The notes: a model not told the origin generated them from the sequence alone. DNA of 64,000 bases from an uncultured cyanobacterium (GCA_963749915.1 CAVVOP010000021.1:704001-768000); one strand, 5' to 3'. Shown: positions 48,961 to 60,166, numbered from the stretch's first letter. Numbers and translations are program-made.

Positions 48961-49710
48961 TTATCGACGAATTAATTCAAAAATTTTCACGAAATATTTT
49001 AATAAAACTTTATAAATATTAGTTTCTATACCATTTTCTTTACAAGCTCTAACAATTTCTTTATTTAAAATCCAATTACTTTTAAAATTAGCAGTACTTG
49101 CCCCTCCTGTTCGCATTTTTACGAAAACTTGAGGTACATAATCATATGAAATTTTATATTTAGCCATAAAACGGGTCAAGAGTTCATAGTCAGCAGAAAT
49201 TTTATAATCTGTTTTAAAGTAGCCATATTTTTCGTAAATTTCCCGTCGGAGAAAACAACTAGGATGAGCTGGCATCCATCCCCAAGCAAATTTGTCGGCA
49301 GAGAAATTAGCAGAACTATAATATCTAGTTATTTTTTCTAAATTATCAGGCTTAACATAAACTAGATCCCCAAACACTAAATTAACTTTTTTACTTTTAA
49401 AATGGGATACTACATCTGAGATAATATGATCATTTGCATAAAAATCGTCAGAATTGAGAATCCCAATAATATCACCATTTGCCAACTGTATTCCTTTATT
49501 CATTGCATCATAAATCCCTTTATCTGGTTCAGAAAGAAAATGAGAAATAGATGTTAAATAAGGTTTAATTTTTTCTATCGTACCATCAGTTGACTGACCA
49601 TCAATAACTATATATTCAATGTTAGGATAATCCTGACTTAAAACAGATTTTATTGCATCAACAATTGTAAGTTTATTGTTATAAACAACGGTTATGATAG
49701 AGACTTTCAT
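48961..49710 (-). CDS. GT2 glycosyltransferase (WcaE/WfgS-like)
   Basis: KVSIITVVYN, IDGQSTDGT, EPDKGIYDAMNKG, LNSDD, HPSCF, ADYE. Confidence 0.9.
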   Translation of the reverse strand: MKVSIITVVYNNKLTIVDAIKSVLSQDYPNIEYIVIDGQSTDGTIEKIKPYLTSISHFLSEPDKGIYDAMNKGIQLANGDIIGILNSDDFYANDHIISDVVSHFKSKKVNLVFGDLVYVKPDNLEKITRYYSSANFSADKFAWGWMPAHPSCFLRREIYEKYGYFKTDYKISADYELLTRFMAKYKISYDYVPQVFVKMRTGGASTANFKSNWILNKEIVRACKENGIETNIYKVLLKYFVKIFELIRR

Positions 49711-49759
49711 CTATAATTTTGTGTAAAAGTTTATTTTTTTAATAGCTAAACTAGACTAA

Positions 49760-50480
49760 TTAAGGGGAAAAATTGTTTTTACTTTTTAACCAAGATACTA
49801 ATTCTTTAACCCCTTGTTCAGTATTATATGGTAGTTTATCACAAACTTTTTCAGTTTCAGATAGATCGAAAACATATTCAGTTAAGATATTATTTAATCT
49901 GAATGAATTAAATGGAACATCTTTGATCCCTAGTTTTTGAACAAAATCTCCCAATCTAGCTAATAGACTTACTAATGACTCAGGGTAAGTAGGAATACTT
50001 TTTACATTTATTTCTTTCTGAATTAAATTTGTCCAGTCACGAAGAGAAATCGGTTCATAATCGGCTAAATAAAAAGTTTTTTTATTAATCAGTTCTGATG
50101 GTGCTTCCATTATTTTTAGATATTGATAAATTATATTTCCGATATAGCTATAGGATTTATACAAAGGTAAATTTCCCACATGAAAATAAAGCCCTTGATA
50201 AATCATTTTTAGAAATCTTTGATAATGAGAACTCATTCCAGATCCCCATACGGTAGTCGGTCGAACAATAGCCCACTCTATTCCTCCACCATCATGTTCT
50301 CTCACAATTTTTTCGGTCAAAACTTTACTTTTGCCATAAAGAGTGTTGGGGATATAGTCGTATTCGTCTTTGGGTACGTAGCCTACTCTACAAACAAGTT
50401 GGGAGGAGGTAAAAATACAGCGTTTAACGCTAGGACATTGCCGAATAACTTCGATCAAGTTTTCTACCCCTTAGACATTT
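49760..50480 (-). pseudogene. NAD-dependent epimerase lacking its N-terminal Rossmann motif
   Basis: TSSQLV, YGKSK and RPTTVWG present; no GxxGxxG upstream. Confidence 0.7.
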
Positions 50481-50562
50481 CCAACAATTAAGAAAAAGGG
50501 ATTGGAATGCTTATTCTACCGTCCCAAAATTATAATTTATGGAGAGGTATATTAATTAATAT

Positions 50563-51426
50563 TTATACTAGAAATATTTCAGAAAATAAAACTAGGAACT
50601 CCGTGTTTTTAAACTTAATACTTAACTTACAAGCTCTCAATAAAACAAAACACATAAGAATAAACGTATCAAAATTCACTTTCGCTATTATCTTACTACT
50701 CTCACAATATATCCTAAATCGATTGAGTAATTTTTCAAGATCTTGTTCTGTGGATGATAATTCATGAGTTAAGGTACAATTAACTACACAAAAAATATTA
50801 CAAATTTTTCTATATCTGTCAATGAATTCAAAATCACTAAAATCTAGTTTTAATTTCTCATTATATCCACCTACTTGACCAAATATTTCAGTATTAATTA
50901 ACAATCCACTATTGAGAACCGATTTCTGTTTAAATGTATGCTTTCCTACTTCTATCTGTTTAAAAGAAAAACCTCTGTTAAATAAGTACCGACAAGGAGA
51001 ATATATTGTTCGTGAATCAGAAGAAATTAGTATCGGTGCAAATAAGTTAATGTCAATATTGTCATTGACAGATTGATAATATTTTATTAAAGCATTATTT
51101 TCAAATTTAGTATCTTGATCTAGTAATAATAACCACTTTTTGTCTAATTCTTTTGCTAATTTACATCCTTCATTATATGCTTTACTAACACCGGGATTTG
51201 TTTTGTCATGAACATAATGAATGTTACAATCATGGTGCTGAGTTTGATTTTTTGAAACTAATGATGAAGGGCTGTTATCATAAATAAAAACATCTATTTT
51301 AGTAGAACTATCTTCACAAGACTCCATAAGAGATTTAAAAGAATCACAATCATCTAAATTTATTTTATAGATAACTAAAATAAATAAAATATTACTAAGA
51401 AAAGATTGATAGTTTGTTGAATCCAT
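50563..51426 (-). CDS. GT2 glycosyltransferase (rhamnosyltransferase-like)
   Basis: YDNS, NPGVSKAYNEG, LLLDQDT, NSGLLI, LDFSDFEF. Confidence 0.85.
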   Translation of the reverse strand: MDSTNYQSFLSNILFILVIYKINLDDCDSFKSLMESCEDSSTKIDVFIYDNSPSSLVSKNQTQHHDCNIHYVHDKTNPGVSKAYNEGCKLAKELDKKWLLLLDQDTKFENNALIKYYQSVNDNIDINLFAPILISSDSRTIYSPCRYLFNRGFSFKQIEVGKHTFKQKSVLNSGLLINTEIFGQVGGYNEKLKLDFSDFEFIDRYRKICNIFCVVNCTLTHELSSTEQDLEKLLNRFRIYCESSKIIAKVNFDTFILMCFVLLRACKLSIKFKNTEFLVLFSEIFLV

Positions 51427-52294
51427 ATTTTAAACCTTGATAAAAATAGTAAATTAAAGCGAGTATTTTCCAATGAGTTCCAAAATTTTGTTTGACAATC
51501 TCTAGGCATTCCTTAATAGCTAACTTAGAACTCACACCATTTGGCAAAGCATATCCAATCAATGAATCTGAAAAGAAAAAGTTTACTCCATTTTTGTATA
51601 ATCTAGCGTTAAAATCATAATCAGCGTAAATTTTATAATGTATGTTAAATGGAACAATAATAGAAAGTGATTTATGAATCAGCAGTGCTTGATGATGTAG
51701 CGTATTTCCTAATTTAAGTCTCCAATCATCAGTGGAGTGAAAAAAATTATCATCTCCCATTTTTACCTTCCCAAAAATAGCCTTGTTAGAGGACAATTCA
51801 TAAATTTTTGGTAAACTTAATATTAAATCTCCTGCACCGAGAAAAAAAATATGACTATTCTGATTTGCAATAGACCATCCCTTATTCATTGCGTCATAGA
51901 TACCCTTATCAGGTTCACTTACCCAATAATCGATCTCATCACTATATTTTTTGATTATTTCTAAAGTTTTATCAGTGCTACCGCCATCGATAATGATATA
52001 CTCTACATTGTCATAAGTTTGATTAAAGACACTGAGAACAGTTTCTTCTAAATGCTGTTCGCCATTATAAACAACTGTAATAACCGTTACCAAAGGTTTG
52101 TCAGGCAAAGATTTTTTAAAATAACCTTGTGTTCTTAATCCCCCTTCTCCTTTTCTGCCCTCGATTTCAGGTAAGAATAAAATTGTTTCAAATTTATCAT
52201 CGGGGTGATTTTTGATAATCGGTTTTTCCGTGGTGAGATTACGGGTAGTACTGCATTTTTCGTTTAGGCACAGCATTGAGTTTAAAGAGTCCAC
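51395..52294 (-). CDS. GT2 glycosyltransferase with N-terminal extension
   Basis: PLVTVITVVYN, IDGGSTD, SEPDKGIYDAMNKG, HHQA, ADYDF; start uncertain. Confidence 0.85.
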   Translation of the reverse strand: MDSLNSMLCLNEKCSTTRNLTTEKPIIKNHPDDKFETILFLPEIEGRKGEGGLRTQGYFKKSLPDKPLVTVITVVYNGEQHLEETVLSVFNQTYDNVEYIIIDGGSTDKTLEIIKKYSDEIDYWVSEPDKGIYDAMNKGWSIANQNSHIFFLGAGDLILSLPKIYELSSNKAIFGKVKMGDDNFFHSTDDWRLKLGNTLHHQALLIHKSLSIIVPFNIHYKIYADYDFNARLYKNGVNFFFSDSLIGYALPNGVSSKLAIKECLEIVKQNFGTHWKILALIYYFYQGLKYGFNKLSIFS

Positions 52295-52533
52295 AGGCGA
52301 TTTCTTGAATATAAAAGGAGAAATTATACAAAAAGCAGTTTGATTTTAGCAGATTAGGCGATTATTTGACTGACCAAGAAAGCTTTCGCTACTTATGAGA
52401 TCCTAGCCTGGATATTACTTTGGCTTACTTAAATGAGAACCAAATAAACATTGGAGAATAGGAAACATATAATTCATGTATGTTCTTTAAGACTACTTGA
52501 CTTTCTTTAATTTCTCCAACTAACAGTAATAAT

Positions 52534-52899
52534 TCATCTCGTCTCATAGATAATCTTTCCCTTCATTAAAATAATTTTTTGAAAAGAAGAATGGATATTT
52601 TCCCAGCGAACTAAATCCAGAGAAAAACTGGTCATATCTTCCACCGTAGCCAACATTTCCATAAATTTCAAAGAATCTACTCCTTCAACGGCTAAATCAA
52701 TGTCAGAAGCCTCGGAAAAATGCCTTGACTCCAATACGGATCCCCATTGAATAATCCTTTTAGGCTCATATTTATTAATGATCACGCCTATAATCTGACA
52801 AGTATCCTCTTGAGCTTTTTTCCATAAATCAAAACGTTGAGCTTTTAAAGTATCTTGTTTCTCTTGTAGATAAATTCTTGCGGATGAATAGTCAAACAC
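52534..52899 (-). CDS. Minimal nucleotidyltransferase (MNT) antitoxin; adjacent probable HEPN partner truncated (about 52425-52547)
   Basis: WGSVL...SDIDLAVEG...LDLV. A downstream overlapping ORF MRRDELLLLVGEIKE... ends after about 40 aa. Confidence 0.75.
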   Translation of the reverse strand: MFDYSSARIYLQEKQDTLKAQRFDLWKKAQEDTCQIIGVIINKYEPKRIIQWGSVLESRHFSEASDIDLAVEGVDSLKFMEMLATVEDMTSFSLDLVRWENIHSSFQKIILMKGKIIYETR

Positions 52900-53106
52900 T
52901 TTTACACCTCTTCATCAATATATTATTCCGTGTTGTATATAAACCAAAACGTTGGCGCAAATATTTGGCCAACTTTAAATGGGGATTACGAAGTGGCATG
53001 CACGCGTGAGCACACAGTATTACTTCGTTTTCGTAATATGTTAATATAGTTTAAGATTTCATTTAATTATTTCTGACTAGGATCTGGTATTTTTCATAAA
53101 AGGCTA

Positions 53107-53379
53107 CTAATTATTATTTTTGTCAAAATATAGGATAGCAAAATTTAGCATTTGTTCAGCTTTATTGATTATTTCACGAACTTCATCCGCGGAAAAACTA
53201 GGGTTAATATCGTAATCTGCCTCATTTCTTTTTATTTGAGCGTCAATTAGAAAACGATGATACTCGATCGGTATTTTTTTTGTCTTGGCAAATTCTTGAC
53301 CAAAATTAGAGATAACTGCTTTATGACTAGAAAAAGATAGATTTTTAGATAAGAGGAAGGCTTGAGCAATATAAAAGGC
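53107..53379 (-). pseudogene. HEPN-domain protein, 5'-truncated
   Basis: Manual translation: AFYIAQAFLLSKNLSFSSHKAVISNFGQEF...RNEADYD. Confidence 0.7.
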
Positions 53380-53523
53380 AAATTAGAGGGTGAATTAGCC
53401 ACACAAATCAAAATTGCTCTTAATTTGCTCAAAAGAGGGTTAACCACTAATGAGATAGTTGAGATAACTGGTTTATCTCTGGAGTTGGTTCAAGGTTTAA
53501 CTCAAAATAATCAAAATAATTAA
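53374..53523 (+). pseudogene. C-terminal fragment of Rpn/PD-(D/E)xK putative transposase
   Basis: KGKLEGE...IALNLLKRGL...IVEITGLSLE. Confidence 0.6.
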
Positions 53524-53552
53524 TTTAAAAATAGCTAAAAAATCCCTAAACC

Positions 53553-53601
53553 AACACCTAACCCCTAACCCCTAACCCCTAACCCCTAACACCTAACACC
53601 T
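53553..53601 (+). repeat. STRR heptamer array AAC(C/A)CCT x7
   Basis: Directly visible tandem heptamers. Confidence 0.9.
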
Positions 53602-53658
53602 TTTATTAAGTATTTATGCACTGGTGCGAGATCTGAGTATTAGTCTTGATTTGTGCAA

Positions 53659-54900
53659 TTAATTAAGTTTTTCAAGATGATTATAATTTAAACTTGATTG
53701 ATTTTTCTTGACATTTTTTAAAACATATTTCGTGGACTCGATGAAAAATATGATGGTAAAGTAGGTGAAAAAACCAGTTACATTAGGCCTTTGGAGAAAA
53801 TTCATCGCGACAATGAGCCAACACGAGATTAATAGTTTCTTCTTTGCACTATTTGCCGCCGTAAAAATTAGCAATGTCCAATAGAAAAAAGGTAAGAATA
53901 GAATTGTGAAACCTATTATTCCATGGGCTGCTAACGGTGAAAATAAATTTGCTCCCAAAATACTGATTATAGTATTTGCTATTAGTATCTTCTCGGTATA
54001 AAATGCCTTGTCCAATGACAGGAGAGTCTTGAAAGGCTTCCCAAGCCAGAACATATAGTTCGGATCTATTATCTCCTTCCACCATTTTTTCTGACGAAGT
54101 TGTGTCTATTTCAAATCTGCGGAGAGTCAGATCATATAGTTGAGAATTTAGAGGACTATCATATCTCGAAGTATTTATATAAAATCCTAAAGAAATAATG
54201 AGAATTGCACCTAAGATCAAATATTTTAGTTGTTTAAAATTGCCGTAAAAAAGAATGAAATAAACAATAATTGTTATATAAAATGCCAAGGATAAGGTAA
54301 ATAATCCTCCGATTATAAGTATATATTCAATTTTTTTGGAAAAGTCATATATTTTATTGAGTAAAAGTGCAAAGGTAAGAAAGTACGCGAATGTCCCTGG
54401 TTCGTCAAAGAAGCCTGCCACCCTTATTACTATTCCTTGTCCCACAGGAAAAATAGCGTTGCTATATGTCCAGAAAAAATTATAAGCTGTTCTTCCATCA
54501 GTATTTTGATGAATTGAATATATTTCTGCTCTACCTATCAACCCCAGAAAAAAAGCAATCCCGCCCATAATAGCCATTATGACCATTACATAGAGAAAGC
54601 TTTTGGCCATCTTATGAATAGAATAATAATTATATACATAGAGATAAAGTAAAAGAGTCGCTATATACTGTATACTAAGTGATACATAACCTATTTGATG
54701 AAATTGGCTGTGAAAAAAAGAGAAAGGAAATACTATCAAGAAAGCTTGAGCAATAAGAATACCGATAATTATTCGGTCTGGAAGCACTATTTTACCTTTG
54801 ATTATTAGTAGGCTAAAGGCTATGACAAGTCCTGTTGCTATGGTGATTTTATAAGGATGCCACGGTATTGCTACAAAAAACGTGAAATGGAGCGGTGGAA
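53659..54900 (-). pseudogene. Wzy-like O-antigen polymerase, frameshifted
   Basis: Multi-TM; RVAGFFDEPG and DNRS...GQG motifs; split between ORFs 53849..54787 and 53659..54054; 5' end disrupted. Confidence 0.7.
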
Positions 54901-55506
54901 GTTAAAAGAGTCCAAATCAAAACTACGTTAAGAAAATCTTTCAGTGTTGATAGTACTTTAATTTCTCCAGAAGAAACATTTTTTCGCTTTTTTCGGTTAC
55001 TTTGAACATTCAAAATTCTCATAGGGTCTAAATATAGTGCATAAATATTTTACTGCCTGATGCTTCGACTTGACATTCTCGCATCACAGTTTTTCTGATA
55101 TTTTCTGATAATTTTTGTTGGCGACCTCTTCTTGCTAAAATAGTATTTATTAATTTTTCTTAACAAAAATTAACTGATTTTTTGGTCACCCACGGGGATT
55201 ATGTTAAAAATTGTAAAGTGACGAAAAATGGAGAAAAGTAAAAACCATTATCCATTAAGGCTTTAAGGCTATTTTTAAAATCGAACTCAGGTGATCTCAG
55301 ATTGAGGTTCATTCAAATTGTTGACAGAAATCATCCACATGACAAAATAAATAATCCAAATTAAACATAGTACTCTGACAACTTTGTTTTGAAGGATAAA
55401 CAGAAGATTAAAAACTCAAACAAAAAATCTTCTCTCCCAACTCCCACCGCCCTTCTCCCCTGCTACCACAACCCCTAATTTCAAAATTGTTCAAGCAATA
55501 GGGCAG

Positions 55507-55725
55507 CAGTGGTCTAGCAATTTTGAAATGAGGGATAGCAGGATTCTCCAAAATCTAAAATCCAAAAGCGGTCGGACCCCGCGCCGCCGAAAGGCGCAAG
55601 CGGTGGGGTGGAAGCCCGCGACGACGGAAGTCGCAAGGGAACGTCCACCAAGAGAGGGAATGCCGACCAAGAGATCCAAAATAATCCGTTCCCAGTCCCT
55701 CAAAACTATCTTGACAGACCAGTAG
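55507..55725. mobile_element. MITE-like element with GC-rich structured core
   Basis: Imperfect TIRs CAGTGGTCTAGCAA...TGAGGGA / TCCCTCA...TTGACAGACCAGTAG; internal hairpins. Confidence 0.55.
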
Positions 55726-56235
55726 TTAGTTTGATTGTTTGCTATATGCGATATATGCCAATCTTTCTGGTTGGTGCTCCAAGACGAATTTGAGGGTTGA
55801 AAGTAATGTTTTCAAAACGAGTGACAATGTAATTATCAGAGGAAATTTCTGCTCGGAATTGGGAGCGGATTTTAGCAAGTCATTTAGCTTTTCGGGAAAT
55901 AAATATATTGTTCCAGAGGATTGCAATCAGGCAATTTTAAGACTAACAAAGGATAAAAAGAAAAGTTGGGCAGATTGGCTCCGAGATTTTGAGCCAAATG
56001 CCAGTTGCAGAGTTGAAAATGAATAATTCTCCACCTAGGAATGAAAATTAAATAAGACCGGAAATTATGTAAGTTGAGGTTTAGCAGTATAATTGGATTT
56101 TGGGAAATCTCAATTAAACACAATTTTCTCGATTTTCCGGTATTATTCTTAAACTCCTAATATTGAATTAATTTTTTCTAAACTTCCAAGTCGTGCTTAT
56201 ATATACTTAAGATAAATTATATTCGTGAAAGTACG

Positions 56236-56346
56236 ATGGATCAGATAAGTTGTGTCATTCCCACTTTAAATAGTGCTGTCACCCTAGATATGACCTTGTA
56301 TTCTTTGCGATCGCAAAAATCAGATCATGAAACAAAGTTTAAATAA
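56236..56346 (+). pseudogene. GT2 glycosyltransferase N-terminal stub
   Basis: MDQISCVIPTLNSAVTLDMTLYSLRSQ, breaking just after a GCGATCGC site. Confidence 0.65.
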
Positions 56347-57145
56347 AAAACAAACATTTTATAATATATACAATTCTCCTATTGAAAATAGTTCTTCAGT
56401 TTCTATCATTACAGTTGTTTTTAATGGAGAAAAATATTTAGAAAATACTATTCAATCAGTAATCAATCAATCCTACCCAAATTTAGAGTACATCATTATT
56501 GACGGAGGTTCCACTGATAAAACTTTGGGAATCATAAAGCAGTATCAAGATCAAATTGATTATTGGATTAGTGAATCCGATTCTGGAATTTATGGTGCTA
56601 TGAATAAAGGAATCTCTGTGGCTACAGGAGAGTGGATACTTTTTCTAGGCGCTGATGATTGGCTGCTGCACAATGGAATAATTGAGGAATTTATGAAGCA
56701 TTCATCTAATTCAATATCATTAATTTATGGAAATATAGTTTATAGTAACGGGGTTCAATTTAAATCTAAACTAAATTCTTGGATATTATTGCAAAACTCT
56801 ATGCATCATCAATCTTGTTTTTATCATAGAAGTTTATTTGAAAATTTTAGATACGACTGTTATTATAAATTTTGTGCTGATTATGAAATCAATCTAATTG
56901 CATTTTTGAAAAAAATACCATCTATTTATATTGACATCCCCCTTTCTTTTTGTACTCTTGAAGGTTCTAGTACAACTTTTAAAAATAGGAAAATTGCCAT
57001 TAAGGAATTAAACTCCATTCGTAAAAAACATACAAAGTGGACAACGAACTTTTCAATGTCTTCGATCTTATTTTTTGTTTATATAGTAAGTATAGTTAAA
57101 AGAATAATTATCAACTTAATAGCACGATTTAAAGATAAAAAATAG
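56327..57145 (+). CDS. GT2 glycosyltransferase (WfgS-like)
   Basis: VSIITVVFNG, IDGGSTD, GIYGAMNKG, LGADD, HHQS, ADYE. Confidence 0.9.
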   Translation: MKQSLNKKQTFYNIYNSPIENSSSVSIITVVFNGEKYLENTIQSVINQSYPNLEYIIIDGGSTDKTLGIIKQYQDQIDYWISESDSGIYGAMNKGISVATGEWILFLGADDWLLHNGIIEEFMKHSSNSISLIYGNIVYSNGVQFKSKLNSWILLQNSMHHQSCFYHRSLFENFRYDCYYKFCADYEINLIAFLKKIPSIYIDIPLSFCTLEGSSTTFKNRKIAIKELNSIRKKHTKWTTNFSMSSILFFVYIVSIVKRIIINLIARFKDKK

Positions 57146-57733
57146 ATTTTATTTACTTAAAATTATGGGAAAAAATAAGGCTCTTCTAGACTAACCATGA
57201 CAAATTAATAAGAAAAATACCAGTTTCAGTAGATCGAAAAATCATTTTTAACCAAGCCATCACTAGCACTAGAGAAGACAATTAAATAACTGACAGTTAT
57301 ATTACATTACTCTCAATGTTTAACAGTTTATTCTAAAGGAATATAAATAACTTTTACTACTTCAAAAATTCTTTCAACAGCTTGGTTCAAGAAAGAAAGC
57401 ATTTGTTTTAAAGGAAAATTTAATAAGCTGAGTAATAAAATGGAGAAGAGAGTTAGATGACATTTTATTAAAAATATAGTTTGTGAAAAGATATTAAATA
57501 TATTTAATACTAAAAAGATATTTAATATATTTAATACTATATGATAAATAATATAATGCTTGTCAAGTAAGGGTATAAAGATAAAGCATGATATAATTTT
57601 GAAGCCTAAATTTTAACATTTTATAATTTATTTATCATAACCACTCTAGAAGAGCCATTTTTTTTAGTCTAAACTACAATTCTAATAGAGCAATAAAAAA
57701 ATTTATTGAATTCTTTACGAGGAAACTATATTT

Positions 57734-58471
57734 ATGAAAAAATCTGTTTGTATGGCTGCTTATAATGGTTCTAAATATATTAAGACACAATTATTATCAA
57801 TTCTTGTTCAGCTTGAAGAAAATGATGAAGTCATCATAGTAGATGATACATCGAAAGACAATACTATACAAGTAATTAATGAATTGAATGATCCCCGAAT
57901 CAAGTTAATTCAAAATCAACAGAATCTAGGGGTTATTAAAACTTTTGAAAAAGCACTCGCTAAAGCTAGTCATGAAATAATTTTTTTGAGCGATCAAGAT
58001 GATATCTGGCTTCCCAATAAAGTTAAAACCATTACTCAACTTTTTAAGCAAAAACAAGATATAACTTTAATTTTAAGCGATGCTCAACTAATCGATAATA
58101 ATGGAGAAATTCATGAAAATTCATTTTCAGAAATTAGAGGAAAATTTATACCTGGGGCTATTCCAAATATTATCACAAATCAATATCTAGGATGTACCCT
58201 ATCATTTAAACGAAAAATGCTACAATACTTTTTACCATTTCCTGAAGACATACCTATGCATGATATGTGGATTGGTATTCTAAATGATATTTATGGAAAA
58301 ACTTTGTATCTTGAAGAAGCAATGATTCAATATAGACGACATGATGATAATGTTACTTCTGATCATCATGCTAGTATTCAACAAATGTTAAAGTGGAGAT
58401 GTGCATTAATTAAAAATCTAATAAAGCATATATTTAAGAATTTCGGCAAGTACAGGTTACCTAAAAGCTGA
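57734..58471 (+). CDS. GT2 glycosyltransferase (rhamnosyltransferase-like)
   Basis: SVCMAAYNG, VDDTSKD, SDQDDIW, GC, MHDMWIG, YRRH. Confidence 0.9.
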   Translation: MKKSVCMAAYNGSKYIKTQLLSILVQLEENDEVIIVDDTSKDNTIQVINELNDPRIKLIQNQQNLGVIKTFEKALAKASHEIIFLSDQDDIWLPNKVKTITQLFKQKQDITLILSDAQLIDNNGEIHENSFSEIRGKFIPGAIPNIITNQYLGCTLSFKRKMLQYFLPFPEDIPMHDMWIGILNDIYGKTLYLEEAMIQYRRHDDNVTSDHHASIQQMLKWRCALIKNLIKHIFKNFGKYRLPKS

Positions 58472-58682
58472 AACTAAATTATCACACTTCAGAGGAGATT
58501 GATGGCTACCAACTTAAGGCGGGACAAGAGAGAAGAGAAAAATAAGGGAGAGAGTGGGGTTAAGTTCTCGGTATTATTTGGAGAACTAAGCTCAAGATAG
58601 GCACAAGACTACTATAGAACCTCATTCTCTGAAACAGATTCTTTAATGGATATTTCTTTCTTTTAGCTTGGGGTTTGATTTA

Positions 58683-60148
58683 CAGGGCAAACGCACACAA
58701 AACTTAACAATTGAGCAAAACAAAGAAATTGGTTGATGAGAGAAAATAAATAGTCAATGTAATTATTTTGACTAATTTATGAGTAACTCACCAATAGCAT
58801 CTTTGTCAAAACATTTTGAAAATTTAACGGATCCTCGTGCCGAACATAGTATTGATCATCTTCTTATTGATATAGTAATAATCACTATTTGTGCGGTGAT
58901 TTGTGGTGCCAATAATTGGGTAGAAATTGAAAATTATGGTCACGCCAAAAAAGAATGGTTAGAAACATTTTTAGAATTACCTCACGGAATTCCCTCTCAC
59001 GATACATTGATGAGACTCTTTGCACGTTTAAAACCAAACGAATTACAGCAATGTTTTCTGTCTTGGATTGAAGCAGTGACGAACATAACGAAAGGGCAAG
59101 TAATTGCCATTGATGGAAAAACCTTACGCAGTGCATTAGAAAGAGGTCAAAAGGGAGCAATACATATGGTGAGTGCATGGGCTACAAAAAATCGCTTGGT
59201 CTTAGGACAAAGGAAAGTGAGCGCGAAATCGAACGAAATCACCGCCATTCCCGAACTACTGAAAATACTAACCATTGAGGGAAGTCTGGTCAGTATCGAT
59301 GCTATGGGTTGTCAAAAAGAAATTGCTCAAACTATTATTGAGCAAGAAGGAGATTATGTTTTAGCCTTGAAAAAGAATCATCCCAATCTTTATCAAGATG
59401 TGGTGCAGTTATTTCAATTTGCCCATCAACAAGAGTGGAAAGGAATAGAACATCAATTTCATCAAACGATTAACAAGGATCATGGTCGCCTTGAGATTCG
59501 CCGACATTGGACAATGGGTCAGACTGAATATTTGTATGGGGCAGAGCAATGGAAAGGGTTACAAAGTATTGGCATGGTAGAATCCGAACGTCGAGTTAAG
59601 GATAAAATAACGGTGGAGCAGAGATACTATTTAATGAGTATTGAAAGTGATGCTCAACGTTTTGCACAAGCAGTTCGTAGCCACTGGGGCATTGAAAATC
59701 AACTTCATTGGGTTCTGGACGTGGGTTTTCAAGAAGACAGCCTGAAAGGATGCCTTGGTTATAGTGCCGAGAATTTAGCGGTGGTTCGTCATCTGGCAGT
59801 TAATCTTCTAACCCATGAGACAACTGCAAAAGGAGGGATTCATGCCAAACGTCTGAAAGCGGGATGGAATAATAATTATCTCACTCTTGTCCTGAATTCT
59901 CTTTCTGATTCAACCTAAAGAAATCTGTTTTCAGTTTTCCATGCTCTACTACTCAACACCATAAATAATAGAGATTATTTTGAGGGGTTTTGAAGTGCTC
60001 CCTCGGGAGCACCTGCTTTGCATGCCCGCCAATCACTGAAGCGGCACTCTTGGAGCGATCGCTCCAAGAGCAAATTGCTATACTCTGGAAAATTCATTTC
60101 TGATCATAAACTCAATCGAAATGTAAAGAAATGTGTGCGTTTGCCCTG
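58683..60148 (+). mobile_element. ISAs1-family insertion sequence
   Basis: Perfect 17-bp TIRs CAGGGCAAACGCACACA / TGTGTGCGTTTGCCCTG; no matching target duplication in the flanks. Confidence 0.92.
58779..59918 (+). CDS. ISAs1 transposase
   Basis: DPR, GIPSHDT, AIDGK, KSNEITAIP, DAMGCQ, HGRLEIR, HWGIENQLHWVLDV. Confidence 0.95.
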   Translation: MSNSPIASLSKHFENLTDPRAEHSIDHLLIDIVIITICAVICGANNWVEIENYGHAKKEWLETFLELPHGIPSHDTLMRLFARLKPNELQQCFLSWIEAVTNITKGQVIAIDGKTLRSALERGQKGAIHMVSAWATKNRLVLGQRKVSAKSNEITAIPELLKILTIEGSLVSIDAMGCQKEIAQTIIEQEGDYVLALKKNHPNLYQDVVQLFQFAHQQEWKGIEHQFHQTINKDHGRLEIRRHWTMGQTEYLYGAEQWKGLQSIGMVESERRVKDKITVEQRYYLMSIESDAQRFAQAVRSHWGIENQLHWVLDVGFQEDSLKGCLGYSAENLAVVRHLAVNLLTHETTAKGGIHAKRLKAGWNNNYLTLVLNSLSDST

Positions 60149-60166
60149 AGGGAAAAGGAAAAAGGG

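Noticed and set aside
55491..55793. Short ORFs, or a group II intron, in the GC-rich element
   Set aside because: No recognisable protein motifs, no domain V consensus and no RT; better explained as a MITE-like element.
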